Assembly: GCF_006345805.1 (NCBI RefSeq)
Contig: NC_043020.1
Span: forward strand, 23,498,001-23,562,000
Length of the DNA stretch: 64,000 nucleotides
Reading direction: 5' to 3'
Origin: Octopus sinensis
Lineage: Eukaryota
In this document: piece by piece, positions 12,398 through 26,023 of the stretch
Layout: each line of letters opens with the position of its first letter
Position numbering within the stretch: the stretch's first letter is position 1
Notes under the pieces: model-generated
The model's database searches: none
What the model was told of the DNA's origin: nothing
The model's input: the letters and a program-made list of their open reading frames with translations, nothing else
Program-made: the position numbers and the translations under genes

Positions 12398-12870
12398 TTT
12401 CTTTATTACCCACAAGGGGCTAAACATAGAGGGAACAAACAAGGACAGACAAAGGGATTAAGTCGATTATATCGACCCCAGTGCGTAACTGGTGCTTAAT
12501 TTATCGACCCCGAAAGGATGAAAGGCAAAATCGACCTCGGCGGAAATTGAACTCAGAACGTAACGGCAGACGAAATACGGCTACGCATTTCGTCCGGTGT
12601 GCTAACGGTTCTGCCAGCTCACCGCCCTTATATATGTATACCCATTTCTTTACTACCCACAAGGTGCTAAACATAGAGGGGACAAACAAGGACAGACAAA
12701 CGAATTAAGTCGATTAAATCGACCCCAGTGCGTAACTGGTGCTTAATTTATCGACCCCGAAAGGATGAAAGGCAAAGTCGACCTCGGCAGAAATTGAACT
12801 CAGAACGTAACGGCAGACGAAATACGGCTTCGCATTTCCCCCGGCGTGCTAACGGTTCTGCCAGCTCGCC
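12398..12870 (-). mobile_element. Two tandem full-length SINE-A copies
   Basis: Copies at 12398-12627 and 12643-12870, each with head, core and tail. Confidence 0.9.
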
Positions 12871-14500
12871 TCTTTTTATATTAATATCAACCATGAAATT
12901 AATTAGGAAATAATTAAACTGATAACAGGAAAATATGACGATATAACAGTCTTTTCATTAACCAAACAAATAGATATTCCAACAAGTAATGGACTTCATC
13001 AACCACTCCAGCTACTGATAGAAAATAAATCGAGAAAATAAACCTCGGTCCCACACCTCCGATGCTTACTTGCCTACGTACACGTGTTAGATAAAGGGTT
13101 GGGGGCACTGTGGCTGCATAACCAGCTTTAGAGTGAGAGAACAAAAACGTGTAACCTGGGGAATCTCATGAAAATATTTTATGGACTGAGATTATCGAGT
13201 AAATTAGTTTTTACGAGATCAGATGTAGTTGAATGAAGTGGTTATATGGTAAAATCAATGGGCATTATATTAATATGGATGATATGATAAAGTCAATCGA
13301 TATATTATTTATATGGAAGATATCATAAAGTTAATCGATATCATATTAATATAAAAGTTTTGATAAGGTCAATCAATAATATATCAATGTTATTATGATT
13401 GAAGATAGCTTGAAAAGGTTCCACGCACGGAGTTTGTTGGGATAATAGATTTGACGGGAGATATAGAATGGTTGTGTTGTTATATGATAAAGTCAGTCGA
13501 TAATATATACATGGCTGATCGTATAAGCGTAGAGTACAGAGTACAGTTGAAAGAATTATGATGTCTGGATTACATAATAAAACGTTAGTATTAAAGTTAT
13601 AGTAAGGGAGAAGCGCTCGATTAAGGACATAATTTGTTTGTAACCGCTTCACCTTATTCGTTTCCGCCATTGCACTGCGACCATGCTGGGGCATCACTTT
13701 GAATGTTTTTAGTCGAACAAATCCAACTCAGTATTTATATTTTCTTTCCCTTTTGTACTTTTGTTTGTTAGTCTGGTACATATTATGTCGCTTCCCTCGC
13801 CTTCTGTCATCCCCTTATTAGCAGGTCTCTGACCTGCCCTTTATGTAGATTAGGCTCGCGGACAGTGGGGTCGTCTCTGACAATTAATTAATTTATCACC
13901 ACCTGCAGGAACTTAACTGTCAACTCCCAATAGACTTAATTCTTCAGAGTTGGATGAGACAATATACTGCAAGTAATCTTAGAAACCTAATAATTATGAA
14001 CCATCTCTCTCTTCCTCATTCCATTACTCCCACTATTCCCCTGTACTACGCTAATTCATATAAGGCTGTAAGTAAGCATTATTTACGAAAATTCCATTCT
14101 GCCACGGAAATACCAAAGAGAAAATGAAATTATTTTCGTCGATGGTATTGATATAAGTTGCACTTTAAAAAGTGGTTAATCTTTATGTTGGAAATGTATA
14201 TGGTTCGCTGCACCCGAGGAATGTGGTTTATTTCATATTGATGTAATGTTTTCATTGATCGATTAAATGGAGCCGCTTGAAACGGCCGTAATGCACTTAT
14301 ACCTGGAAACCCTTGTTATTTATTTGCTCTATATACATATATATACGTATACACATATATACATATATATATATGTATATATATATAATATGTATATATA
14401 TATATATATAATATATATATATTGTACATATATATATATGTATATATATGTCTATATATATATATATAATATATTCTTATATACATATAGATATATATAT

Positions 14501-14546
<46 letters not shown>

Positions 14547-15258
14547 ATATATACATATACTCACATATATTAACACTCGGCGTTTGTTTCTTCGTGTCCC
14601 CTCTCACTTACGTTTCGGTAAAAAAAATGACTGTTCACTTTTAGACTTATATTTATACGTCTTCATGTTTACACTTGCCCTCATACATACATATATTACA
14701 TACATATATTACACAAACGCATGCGTACTCACATGGACACAAGCGTCCGTTAAGGTGGACAGGCAGCCATGTTCTCTCTTAGGAACATTCATTCAAATGT
14801 CAGTTAATAAAGTAAAACTAAGATAAAAACAGATAAATCAAATGACAAAAACTAAAACATTACTTCATTTGGATGTGTGATGAATAAATAAATGGTGTAA
14901 ATGAGATTTATGAGTTAAGTTAAATAAGAAGTGATGAATCAAATTGCGATAAAGGATGGATGATGGATGGCGATAGAACGTGTTGAAATAAAATATAATA
15001 AAGACAATTCGATGCTAAAAAATAATTTCTTGTGGCGTAAAAATATATACTAGAAGTCAAATGAATGCTAAGCTAGAACATGTTGTGTAGGTGATTTGTA
15101 GGTGTGGGAGAAGAGACCGAATGAAGCAAGAATTCTTGTCAAATAAGATTAGGGAAGATATATATAACCAATCCGTTTCGTTTTTGTTCTTTCTTATGGT
15201 TTTCTTGTCAATAAATTTATTTACGTTCTTTAACATACATACATAATACATACATACA

Positions 15259-15292
<34 letters not shown>

Positions 15293-15382
15293 CATACATA
15301 CATACATACATACATACATACATACATACATACATCCATACATACATACATGCATACATACATACATACATACATACATACA

Positions 15383-15417
<35 letters not shown>

Positions 15418-15844
15418 GTATGTCGTTGCTATTTATGTTAAACTGTCGCGTGTCCAAATCTGGCCAAATGCGTTATTTTTTGTAATATTTGATTATGCTT
15501 GCAATAGTCGGATCTTTTGGTCAAACAATATATAAGACGTTGCTTTATCGCCGTATTAACGTAGCTTTATGTATTATTAGTTTCAAATTTTGGCGCAAGA
15601 CCAGCTGGTACTTATTTTATCGACCCTGGAAACCCGAAAAGCGAAGACGATCTCGGAGGCATTTGAACCCTGAACGTAAAGCCGAAAGAAATATCGCTAT
15701 GCAATTTTGTTGGTATGCTAAGGATTCTGACAGCTCACAACCTTATCAGGGCTTCATAAACTGGTTTCAAATATCATAAATCCGTTTGAAATTTTGCGGC
15801 AAGTCCATCAAGGTCGGAAGATGAAGAAAGTAGATTACATCAAT

Positions 15845-16180
15845 CCCAATACTCAACAGATACTTATTTTATTGACTCCTAAAAAGATGAAAGGAAAAAT
15901 CGACCTCGACAGAATTTGAACTCAGAACGTAAAGACGAACGAAAAGCCTATTTCTTTACTACCCAGAAGGGGCTAAACACAGAAGGGACAAACAAGGACA
16001 GACACACGGATTAAGACGATTATATCGACCCCAGGGCGTAACTGGTACTTATTTAATCGACCCCGAAAGGATGAAAGGTAAAGTCGACCGCGGCGGAATT
16101 TGAACTCAGAACGTAGCGACAGACGAAATACCGCTAAGCGTTTCGTCCAGCGTGCTAACGATTCTGCCAGCTCGCCTCAT
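15845..16180 (-). mobile_element. SINE-A dimer
   Basis: Full copy at ~15950-16178 joined via aaagaaatagg|cttttcg to a second head-less unit. Confidence 0.82.
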
Positions 16181-16489
16181 TAAGTAGCTTTATACATTTG
16201 AAGCAGCTTCGTATCTTAGATGTAGTTTTAGATGTAACATATGCGATCTACTCTACGTTAGTTACAGTTTTAGGTTAACTATAAATTTATGTCTTCGAGT
16301 GACTTTATATGTGTGATATAAATGGTTGGAAGCAACTTTATACAGTACATTATGCGGTTGCGTTTCATTCGTTACTTCTTTTTTCAGATTTATATTCTTT
16401 GGTGTTTTCTTTCACATGAGATACAATTGTGTTTTATTTCTTCATTATCATTCTACTTTGGATATGCAGGAAATATATATATATATATA

Positions 16490-16537
<48 letters not shown>

Positions 16538-16645
16538 TAAATAATATATATATAATATATATACATATACATAGGTATATATTAATATATATATAAATAT
16601 ATATATATATATACATATACAATATGTATATGTAATATATATATA

Positions 16646-16850
16646 TGGCCTAGTGGTTAGGGCAGCGACTTGCGGTCGGAGGATCGCGGTTTCGATTCCA
16701 GACCGGGCGTTGTGTGTGTTTATGAGCGAAAAAAACACCTAAAAGCTCCACGAGGCTCCGCAGGAGGTGGTGATCCCTGCTGTACTCTTCACCACTCTAA
16801 AGGCGGTGCTCCAGCATGGCCACAGTCAAATGACTGAAACAAGTACAAAA
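16646..16850 (+). mobile_element. SINE-E head fused to a SINE-B tail
   Basis: ggcctagtggttagggcagcg..ggtttcgattcc (A/B boxes) resembles 42268; followed by aggcggtgctccagcatggccacagtcaaatgactgaaacaag. Confidence 0.65.
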
Positions 16851-16859
16851 AAAAAAAAA

Positions 16860-17352
16860 AAAAAAAAACTATATAAATATATATATATATATATTATATA
16901 TATTATTAAATATACATAAGTATATATGTATATATATATATATAAATATATATATATACATATACATATGTATATGTAATATACTACATATATTTATATA
17001 TCTATATATATACATATATATAATATATATTTTATAAGATAATATATAAATAACATAATATATATGTATATATAGGATATAAATAGATATATTTATATAT
17101 ATACATATACATATAATATGTATATATACATATATTATATAAATAACATACGTCTATATGGATAATATATATATAAATATATATATATCCATATACATAT
17201 GTAGATGTTATATTAATACATTTTTATATATATATATATTATAATATATAATAATACATATTATAAATATATTATATATTATAAATATACATAAGTATAT
17301 ATGTATATATCTATAAAATATATATATATATACATATACATATGTATATGTA

Positions 17353-17386
<34 letters not shown>

Positions 17387-17624
17387 TAAAATACATAAGT
17401 ATATAGTATCGATAATATATAATATATATATAGACATATACATATGTATATGTATATAATATATATAAATATACATAAGTATATATGTATATATATATAT
17501 AAATATATATACATATACATATGTATATGTATATATGTATATATATATAATATACATATATATATATATATATATAAATATATAACATATATAATATATA
17601 TATACATATATCTTATAGTATATA

Positions 17625-17667
<43 letters not shown>

Positions 17668-17688
17668 TATATATATAATATATATATT

Positions 17689-17725
<37 letters not shown>

Positions 17726-17805
17726 ATATATATATATTCTATATTATATATATATATATATATATGTATGTATATGTATATATATATATGAATGTGTGTA
17801 TGCAT
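16860..17805. repeat. Long interrupted (TA)n/(TATACA)n tract
   Basis: Directly visible. Confidence 0.95.
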
Positions 17806-18227
17806 TATGTGAATTCATTCTTAATAGGTTTGTGTGTATTCGGATGTGATAGGACCTTCCGCTGCGGAGACAGGTTAGGGAGCAATGATTCCACCTAGCC
17901 ACGTTTAAACACATGCTTAGGTGGGGAATTTTCACTCTGCACTCTCTCCGCAACGATACTTCTAATGACTTCCGGATAAAGTATATTGAACGTTGTTTTG
18001 TGTCGCATAATGTATTTAATTCTAAATCTACCAAGTTTTACACTCAACAGCAAACATTTTGTCTACTGTTTTAAATGCAAAGAATTAAGTAAAGGTCACT
18101 GAAATCTCACTGAGCAATGTCTCTATATAAACAAATATGCATACATATATACATATATATATATACACACATGATATATATACATATGCATAATATATAT
18201 GATATATCTTTACACATGATATAAAAG

Positions 18228-18455
18228 GTGGTGAGCTGGCAGAAACGTTAGCACGCCGGGCGAAATGCGCAGCCGTATTTCGTCTGCCGTTACGTTCTGA
18301 GTTCCAATTCCGCCGAGGTTGACTTTGCCTTTCATCCTTTCGGGGTCGATAAATTAAGTACCAGTTACGCACTGGAGTCTGTATAATCAACTTAATCCGT
18401 TTGTCTGTCCTTGTTTGTCCCCTCTGTGTTTAGCCCCTTGTGGGTAGTAAAGAAA
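18228..18455 (+). mobile_element. SINE-A, full length
   Basis: ggtggtgagctggcagaaacg...gtgggtagtaaagaaata followed by (TA)n. Confidence 0.9.
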
Positions 18456-18644
18456 TATATATATATATACACATATATATACCCATATATATATAGATAG
18501 ATAGATATGGTGTGTTTACGTTCCCGTAACTTAGCGGTTCGGCGAAAGTGACCGATAAAGTAAGTAATAGGCTTACAAAGAATAAGTCCTGGGTTTGATT
18601 TGCTCGACTAAAGAGCGATAAAAGAGTAAGAGTGTAAATATTCT

Positions 18645-19320
18645 TTTATTCTTTTACTTGTTCAGTCATTTGACTGCGGCCATGCTGGAGCACCGCCTCT
18701 CGTCGAGTAAATCGATCCCAAGACTTATTCTTTGTAAGCCTAGTACTTATTATATCGGTCTCTTTTGCCGAACCACTACGTTACCGGGACATAAGCACAC
18801 CAACATCGGTTGCCAAGCGATATTGGGGCGACAAATACAGACACACAATCACACACACACACGTAGATAGAGAGATATTAGATACTACATACTACAACAT
18901 ACATACATAACATACATACATACATACATACATACATACATACATACATACCTACATACACATACATACCATACATACATACATACATACATACATACAT
19001 ACATACATACATACATCACATACATACAACATACATACATACATACATACATACATACATACATACAATACATACATAATACATACAACAACATACATAC
19101 ATACATACATACATACATTACATACATACATATACGACGGGCTTCTTTCAGTTTCCGCCTACCAAATCCACTCACAGGGCTTTGGTCAGCCCGAGGCTAT
19201 AGCAGAAGACACCACCCCAAGTTCCCACGCAGTGGGACTGAACCCATGACCAAGTGGTTGGTAAGCAAGCTACTTACTACATAGCCTCTCCTTACTTACC
19301 ACATAGCCACTCCTGCCAAT
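18645..19320 (-). mobile_element. SINE-B with an expanded internal (TACA)n
   Basis: Tail at 18645-18850, (TACA)n at ~18885-19133, head at 19133-19320. Confidence 0.82.
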
Positions 19321-20481
19321 ATATATGCATATATATAAATATATGTATAATGCATATATTTATAATATATATAAATACGTGTACATTCCATACATACACA
19401 TCTACTTGTAAACCTATAAAGCGATAGAACGGGACGTCGGGATGTTTAGAATTTGCTTGCCTTCATTCTCCACGTGAGTATTAAACAGTATGTTAGCCAT
19501 CACTCAGGTTTAACTTCTCACAGCGAAAAATATAGAAACATCCACTAAAAAATCGATAAACGAAGACATTTAGGAGATAAATCTACTTTATCTTTATTAG
19601 AATATTTTATTATCACTAATACATTTATGTAATAGCTACATGAGAGTTCCAATTGATTTAAGAAAGAGGCTATTTCAGATAATTTATGGGTGACGTACAT
19701 TACGTACCTTCAGCTCGTCGACTTTTCTAGCCTCCTTGAAAAACAAGTACACACTTTATAAGACTCCTAACAGGTAAATTATGATGGCAGTTTGGAGTGT
19801 TCAACCTTTTAAGCTAAGCTTTATCGAACTCTGTTGTAACTCCCGTTGCTATAGTGAATAGTAATATAATTATTGCAGTTGTCTCAAGCAGTTAGCATAT
19901 TTGAGCGCGGAGTAAATGTGATAGGAAGTGATATTGTAAGAATTTCTTTTGTTATAGCTGCCGTCTCTTCTTTCTCTCGTTCGTTCGTTCTTTCTTTCTG
20001 TCTTTGCTTCCTTCCTTCCTTTGCCTTTTATTTTCGTTTCTTGTCTTTCAATCTTGAGTTCGTTCTTGTTTTTTTTCTGCACTTATGAACCCTCAGCAGC
20101 CGGAATATAATTTCGTTCTTCGTTCGTTGTGAACAACAAGGCTAGCGTTTCAATTCCAAGTCAAGTGTAGATTGTTCTAATTTGAACACAAAAGCTGTTT
20201 AGAAAATCGCTGTTTGATCGAATTAATTGAATAACTTCTAGCAAATACACAAAACCTCACATTTTTGTAAAGCTGTGCTTAATCAATAATGGATTATAAT
20301 AGGCGGCAAGGTAGTTCGATTATTCTTTCCAGAAAAAAAATGTAAAATAAAGCTGACTCGTTTACAATTCGAACCTAGATTGTATGAAGATCTACATAAA
20401 CACGGAAAGGAATTTCGAGTCGATAAGTTAGATTTTCTCATTTTCATCCCCACCTCCTCCATTGTTCTACCTTGGATTTAA

Positions 20482-21180
20482 GGCGGCGAGTTATCTGAAT
20501 CGTTAGTACGCCGCACAAAATACCTAGCGGTATTTCATCCATCTTTACGCTCTGAGTTCAAATTCCACTAAGGTTGATTTTGCCTTTCATCCTTTCGGGG
20601 TCGATTAAATAAGTACCAGTTACGCACTGGGGTCGATATAATCGACTTAATCCGTCTGTCTCTCCTTGTTTGTCCTCTCTGTGTTTAGCCCCTTGTGGGT
20701 AGTAAAGAAATAGGTATTTCGTCTGCCGTTACGTTCTGAGTTCAAATTCCGCCAAGGTCGACTTTGCCTTTCATCCTTTCAGGGTCGATTAAATAAGTAC
20801 CAGTTACACACTGGGGTCGATATAATCGACTTAATCCGTCTGTCTGTCCTTGTTTTTCCTCTCTGTGTTTAGCCCCTTGTGAGTAGTAAAGAAATAGGTA
20901 TTTCGTCTGTCGTTACGTTCTGAGTTCAAATTCCGCCGAGGTTGACTTTGCCTTTCATCCTTTCGAGGTTGATTAAATAAGTACCAGTTACACACTGGGG
21001 TCGATATAATCGACTTAATCCGTTTGTCTGTCCTTGTTTTTCCTCTCTGTGTTTAGCCCCTTGTAGGCATTAAAGAAATAGGTATTTCATCCGTGTTTAA
21101 GCTCTGAGTTTAAATTCCACTGAGGTTGATTTTGCCTTTCATTTCGGGGTGGATAAAATAAGTACCCCAGACTGTAAATG
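20482..21180 (+). mobile_element. SINE-A tandem array: one headed unit plus head-less units, 184-bp period
   Basis: The junction motif taggtattt starts at 20711, 20895 and 21079. Confidence 0.92.
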
Positions 21181-21309
21181 GATCTACCTAAACATCGGAA
21201 GGAATTTTGAATCGATAATTTGGATTTTCTCTTTCCCTTTTTTTTTTCTTTTAATTTTCCTCCGCGCTGGATTTAAACCAGCCGTGTAAGTATCCACGAT
21301 AGAAAAGAA

Positions 21310-21740
21310 CAATAATAACAATCCTTTCTACTATAGGCACGAAGACTGAAATTTTGTGGCGGGTGGAGCAAGTCTATATTGCAACAACCTTAATACTTGA
21401 TTGGTACTAACTTCATCGATCCCGAAAGGAGATTATGCAAAGTCGATGTCGAAGGAATTTGAGATCAGAACTTAACGCAATAAGAAATGCCGCTAACCAT
21501 TTTGTCCGGCATACTAACAGCCCTACATGCTAGCCCCACTTTCTTTCTACTATCGACTAGGCCTGACTTTTTGGAGGGAAGATGTTTGTGGATCACATAC
21601 ACTCCAGGGGTCAGCTGGTGTCTATTTTATCGACCCTGAAAAGCTGAAAGGGAGAATTTGAACTCAGAACGTAAAAACCTGGATGAAAAGCCGTTCAGCA
21701 TTTTGTCAGACATGCTAATGATCTTGCCAGTTCACCTCAT
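21310..21740 (-). mobile_element. Two degenerate SINE-C copies
   Basis: Tail atcctttctactataggcac..gactgaaatttt and Nin-like core repeated. Confidence 0.7.
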
Positions 21741-21881
21741 TTTCTTTCTAATTTTAGCAGAAGCCTAGAGATTTTGAAAGCAGAGAATAAGTGGAGACCA
21801 GCGACCCCATTATTTTACTAGGACTATATTTTATCCACTTTGAAAGGCAACGTTGAACTCGGAATGTAAACAACCCAATTA

Positions 21882-22599
21882 CAGTGCCGGGCAAAATCTT
21901 CGGCCAGTTTAAACTATTGTAAATTTCTACCAATTGCCAACTTATAAGTGGATGTTTCGCATGAAGGTGAGATTTTTCAGCATGACGGAGCTCCATGCCA
22001 CAGATGGCGTGCAACACAACAGAGTTTGGCTGATGAAGGTGTTACCGTATTGAAAGATTGGTCAGCTCAGAGACCTGACTTAAATATCATCGAGCAAATG
22101 TCGACATAACTAAAGAGAAAAGTACGTTAGAAAGATCCACGCAATCTTGAAGAGTTGTGGGAACTCAGCTACAAAGAATGGCATTTCATACCTGTGAAGA
22201 TAGTGAGGGATTTGTACACATCTCTTTTCAGGCTCACTGAAGCAATTATTCAAGCTAAGGGAAGCAATACGAAGTATTAACCATGTACAGTAAGTTCTTG
22301 AAATGAACATTAATAAATTTTCATTATAAACATTTTTTTCTGTTTCAAAACACTATACCGTGATTGATTTATGTGAGATGACCAAAAACTTCTGCACAGC
22401 CAGTTTTTGGGGTCGTCTCACATCTTTCTCTCTCATTCAGGTCCAACACAACAAAATATAATAGTTAGGTATGGAAATGACTCTAACAGGGCCAATGTTT
22501 CATCTGTAAAAAACGCAATGCGAAACATCCACTTATAAGTCGGCAATTAGTAGAAATTTGCAATGGTTTAAAGTGGCCGAAAACATTTGCACGGTACTT
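21882..22599 (+). mobile_element. Internally deleted Tc1 transposon: ~80-bp TIRs plus the C-terminal transposase remnant
   Basis: TA|CAGTGCCGGGCAAAATCTTCGGCC at the left end with its reverse complement at ~22515-22599; translation FQHDGAPCHR..DWSAQRPDLNIIEQ..LEELWE..AKGSNTKY*. Confidence 0.9.
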
Positions 22600-23539
22600 T
22601 TTATATAATACTAAGCTTTTTGTAGAAGGCTCTAATGATTTAACCATCTCGCCAACCTGTTCTAAAGTGATTAAAGTGAATGAAAATGCATTGAGCATTT
22701 GTCGACTTTAAAGAAATCTCACCTCGGTGGAAAAAAGAAGAGCGGGAATCGAGGGAATTACTTTCGGTTTTTGTAAAGATTTCATCAGCCTCTCATCACA
22801 CTTCTTTATATATATGTGAGATAAGATATAGCGGAAGAATAAATACAATTAGAGACACGGTTGTAAATAATTCTATATTACCATAACGATGGAAAATTTA
22901 CAGTTTTTTTCTTAATAATATAGAATTGTTGAAAGTTAAACAAGTACGTTTAACGTAAGTAATGCCGGAAAATATATCTTTTTTGATATACACTCGTCAC
23001 GTCTTTTATCATGAGACCTGTTATCCCTTATTCCTATCTTTATACCAAAAAGCAGTCACAGCCTGCGATGAACTAGATATAATTGTTCGTGATAAAAATA
23101 ATTGAAACGCTATTGAGCGAATGCAGGCGGCAAACACTTTAAATTAAGCTCACAATGGAACAGAATCGAAAACTAATCTGCTTTCAAAATTATTTTGTAC
23201 TCTTGCGATTACTTTGGTAAAGATATAACATTGTATTATAGCCTGGATTTCATTTCACAGAAAAGTGCGTATAGCTTGAACTGAAAATCTTAGTGAGAAC
23301 GTACACTCTTTGACCCAGTGTACTGGGAATTCTTATAAAATTGTATCACAAATATGTGCGTGTGTCTGTGTGTGTATATACATACATGTTGGCTGCCCCC
23401 TCGTTATTGAGTATGGCCATTGCACAAAGCTTAATCAATGATGTTATCATTTTTTTTAAGTGAGGAAAGGCTGTGCACTGAGTCAATCCCACTCACTAAG
23501 CAACAGCAGTCATAATCCGAAAAGAAGAATAAGTCAACA

Positions 23540-23930
23540 TCATCGGTAGCCTCTGAGCCGCAGGTTTTATGTCGGAGTTATCCCAGTCACCTGAGTTACC
23601 TTCTCCTAGAAGGATGCCCTAACAAAGGCTAGGTGTCCTTCACTCCCAATGGTTTAAACGCGTGATCGGGTATTCAGTCCGATTATTTCTATGTCCCCGC
23701 GCATGATACATCCTTAAGACATTTATTGGATGGCCGTTGACCCTCAAGAGTTCCTCCGCCCTTTGACGGGTTTTGTCTTTCATCCCGCAGGGTGGCAAAT
23801 AAAAACACCCTCCTCACCAAGCAAGCTTGGTGGGGTTGCCGGTTTAGTCGCCGGCGACCCGACCATGCAACAGGTTGTACTGGGTTACATCTTACCAGTA
23901 GCACTCGAAAGTGACCTGACGTAACAGATA
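23540..23930 (-). mobile_element. Probable RTE-like LINE 5' UTR fragment
   Basis: GC-richer segment with the minus-strand motif gggcatccttctaggagaaggtaactc..ataaaacctgcggc, which resembles RTE 5' UTRs; no ORF support. Confidence 0.5.
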
Positions 23931-24089
23931 TAAATACATACGTACATACATGGGTGGTTGTGTGGTGAGAAACTTCCTTTCTAACCACATGCTTCTGAGT
24001 TCAGTCCCACTGCGTGGCAAGTGGTCCAGGTCGACCAACCCCTTGTTAGTGTATATGGTTAATATATATTGAAAGAAGCTCGTTGTATC

Positions 24090-24200
24090 TACAAGGGGTT
24101 GCTGAAAAGTTCCTGACTTTAAGAGTATCGCGAAGGGCCTGGTTGGACGCCCAGCCTTCCGAGTTCTTTTGCAGAACTTAGAAAAACCCTTCATAGCGGT
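24090..24200 (+). mobile_element. Mariner-type MITE left end (truncated)
   Basis: tacaaggggttgctgaaaagttcctg resembles a mariner TIR; no matching right TIR seen. Confidence 0.5.
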
Positions 24201-24529
24201 GCCCCAGCATAGTTGTAGTCCAATAACTGAAAGCCGTATTTCGTCTGCCGTTACGTTCTGAGTTCAAATTCCGCCGAGGTCGACTTTGCCTTTCATCCTT
24301 TCGGAGTCGATAAATGAAGTACTAGTTACGCAATCAACTTAATCCGTTTGTCTGTCCTTGTTTGTCCTCTCTATGTTTAGCTCCTTGTGGGTAATAAAAA
24401 ACAGATAAATGATACATAGATACACAACCTCGCGCAGACACGTGCATACACACATACACGCATATTGAAATGTTTAACGGAGAAAATGTCTTACGTAATA
24501 GATGCATTTTCTATTATATGCTACACAGC

Positions 24530-25016
24530 CCAGATCGGTATGTATCAGGTGATTTCATAATATCACCATTTCATCTTTGGGAACCTGTACTTTTGTGATC
24601 CTTTCTAACAATTCGCGTAAGATTCCGACGATCCCTATCTGAAAGTTTTTGTTTCCTTCCGGAGTTTTGTTTCGACGAGGAGGTTTTTCCCTCTTTCTTA
24701 AAGGCTGTCATTACTTTCGAGACAGTACTTCTTGATACACCAAACATATCGGCTGATTTCGTTACGCTAGCACCTGCCATACGAGCACCAACAATTTAAC
24801 CTCTTTGAAAGTCCGATAGATCTGTCATTTTAATGAATTTTAATTACCTTCTGATGATGATATCTGAAAACAAATAGTAATTTAACAAAACGTATTAAGC
24901 AGCACTAATAATAAATCAAAAACCATAAAAATAAACAAGCTTTTGACGGTTTTATTGATACTTCAAAATTATGATGCTATGATGTTAGGTATTTCCATTA
25001 TTTTGTCCAACCCCTT
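24530..25016 (-). mobile_element. Tc1 transposon 5' fragment (TIR plus N-terminal HTH of the transposase)
   Basis: ORF 24571-24780 MAGASVTKSADMFGVSRSTVSKVMTAFKKEGKTSS..SGRKQKLSDRDRR; TIR-like aggggttggacaaaataatggaaatacc next to a TA at ~25017. Confidence 0.85.
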
Positions 25017-25529
25017 TATATATTATGATTCTGCTTGCTCGTTCGTTCACACGTGATGTTTCAGTTTGTTCAAGAAAGGGTGTGGTGGAGTAAGATTGAC
25101 AGAAAGGGGGGACGAATGAAAGAGAGAGGGAGGGGAGTGCGAATATGGGAGAGAATGAAGAGAATGAATGAGACAGCAGACAGCTACTTCTACTAAAATA
25201 TGAAATGTGTCACAAAGGGACATTTTCAAATCTTATGATATATTATTGTAACTGGAAGGGAAATAACTTTGCATTAAAGCCGTTGTAGATATTTTTTTAT
25301 ATATAATTTGTAATGGAATCCTATAAATAAAAACAATGTATATATTCTCTAAAGTAGTGTATAGATTGTTACTGTATATTTTCGATCAATTACTGAACGT
25401 GCAACAATAAATTTTACAAGCAATCAAAATACATATCGTCCTTCCTTTCTAAATTTTTTCATTCTGTTGCGGCATTTTTATGATCACCCTCCAGTTCGGG
25501 GTTCAGTCGCACGGCGTGGCATCTATATA

Positions 25530-25735
25530 TAAAGTTAATCCAAACAAGAAAACACAGAAAAAAAGAGAAAAAATGAGAAAAACACACCGCAACGCAGGAC
25601 GTGGAACAATTAAAGTATTATTGACGCTCAGGAAAGAAGGGAAGGAGGGTTTAACGTTTCGAGCGGAGCTCTTCGTCGGAAACAAGGAGAAGGAAAGATC
25701 CCAAGGAGGGAAGACAGAGGAGAAAATATTTGAGC
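25530..25735 (-). mobile_element. Penelope-like terminal-repeat fragment with a minimal hammerhead motif
   Basis: Similar to 61670-61810; minus strand gttt-CCGACGA-a-gagc-tcc-gctc-GAAAC-gtt-aaac at 25649-25683. Confidence 0.65.
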
Positions 25736-25989
25736 TGGTAGTGCTCAAGAGATCACATATATATATATATATGTATGTATGTATGTATATGCATGTGTAT
25801 GTGTGTGTATTTATGTGTTTGTGTTCGTCCGCCCATCATCGCTTGACTTTCGATGCTGGTGTGTTTATGTCCCTGTAACTTGAGACCGATAGCATAAGTA
25901 CTAAGCTTACAAAGAATAAATCCTAGGGTTGATTTCCTCGACTAAAGTCGGTTCTTCAACAATGCAGCAGTCAAATGTATATATGTATG

Positions 25990-26023
<34 letters not shown>

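Noticed and set aside
20482-21180. Regularly spaced repeats resembling a CRISPR array, or a hammerhead retrozyme array
   Set aside because: Whole 184-bp units are homologous with no unique spacers and no cas genes, in a eukaryotic context; I found no CUGANGA..GAAA core on either strand of the unit
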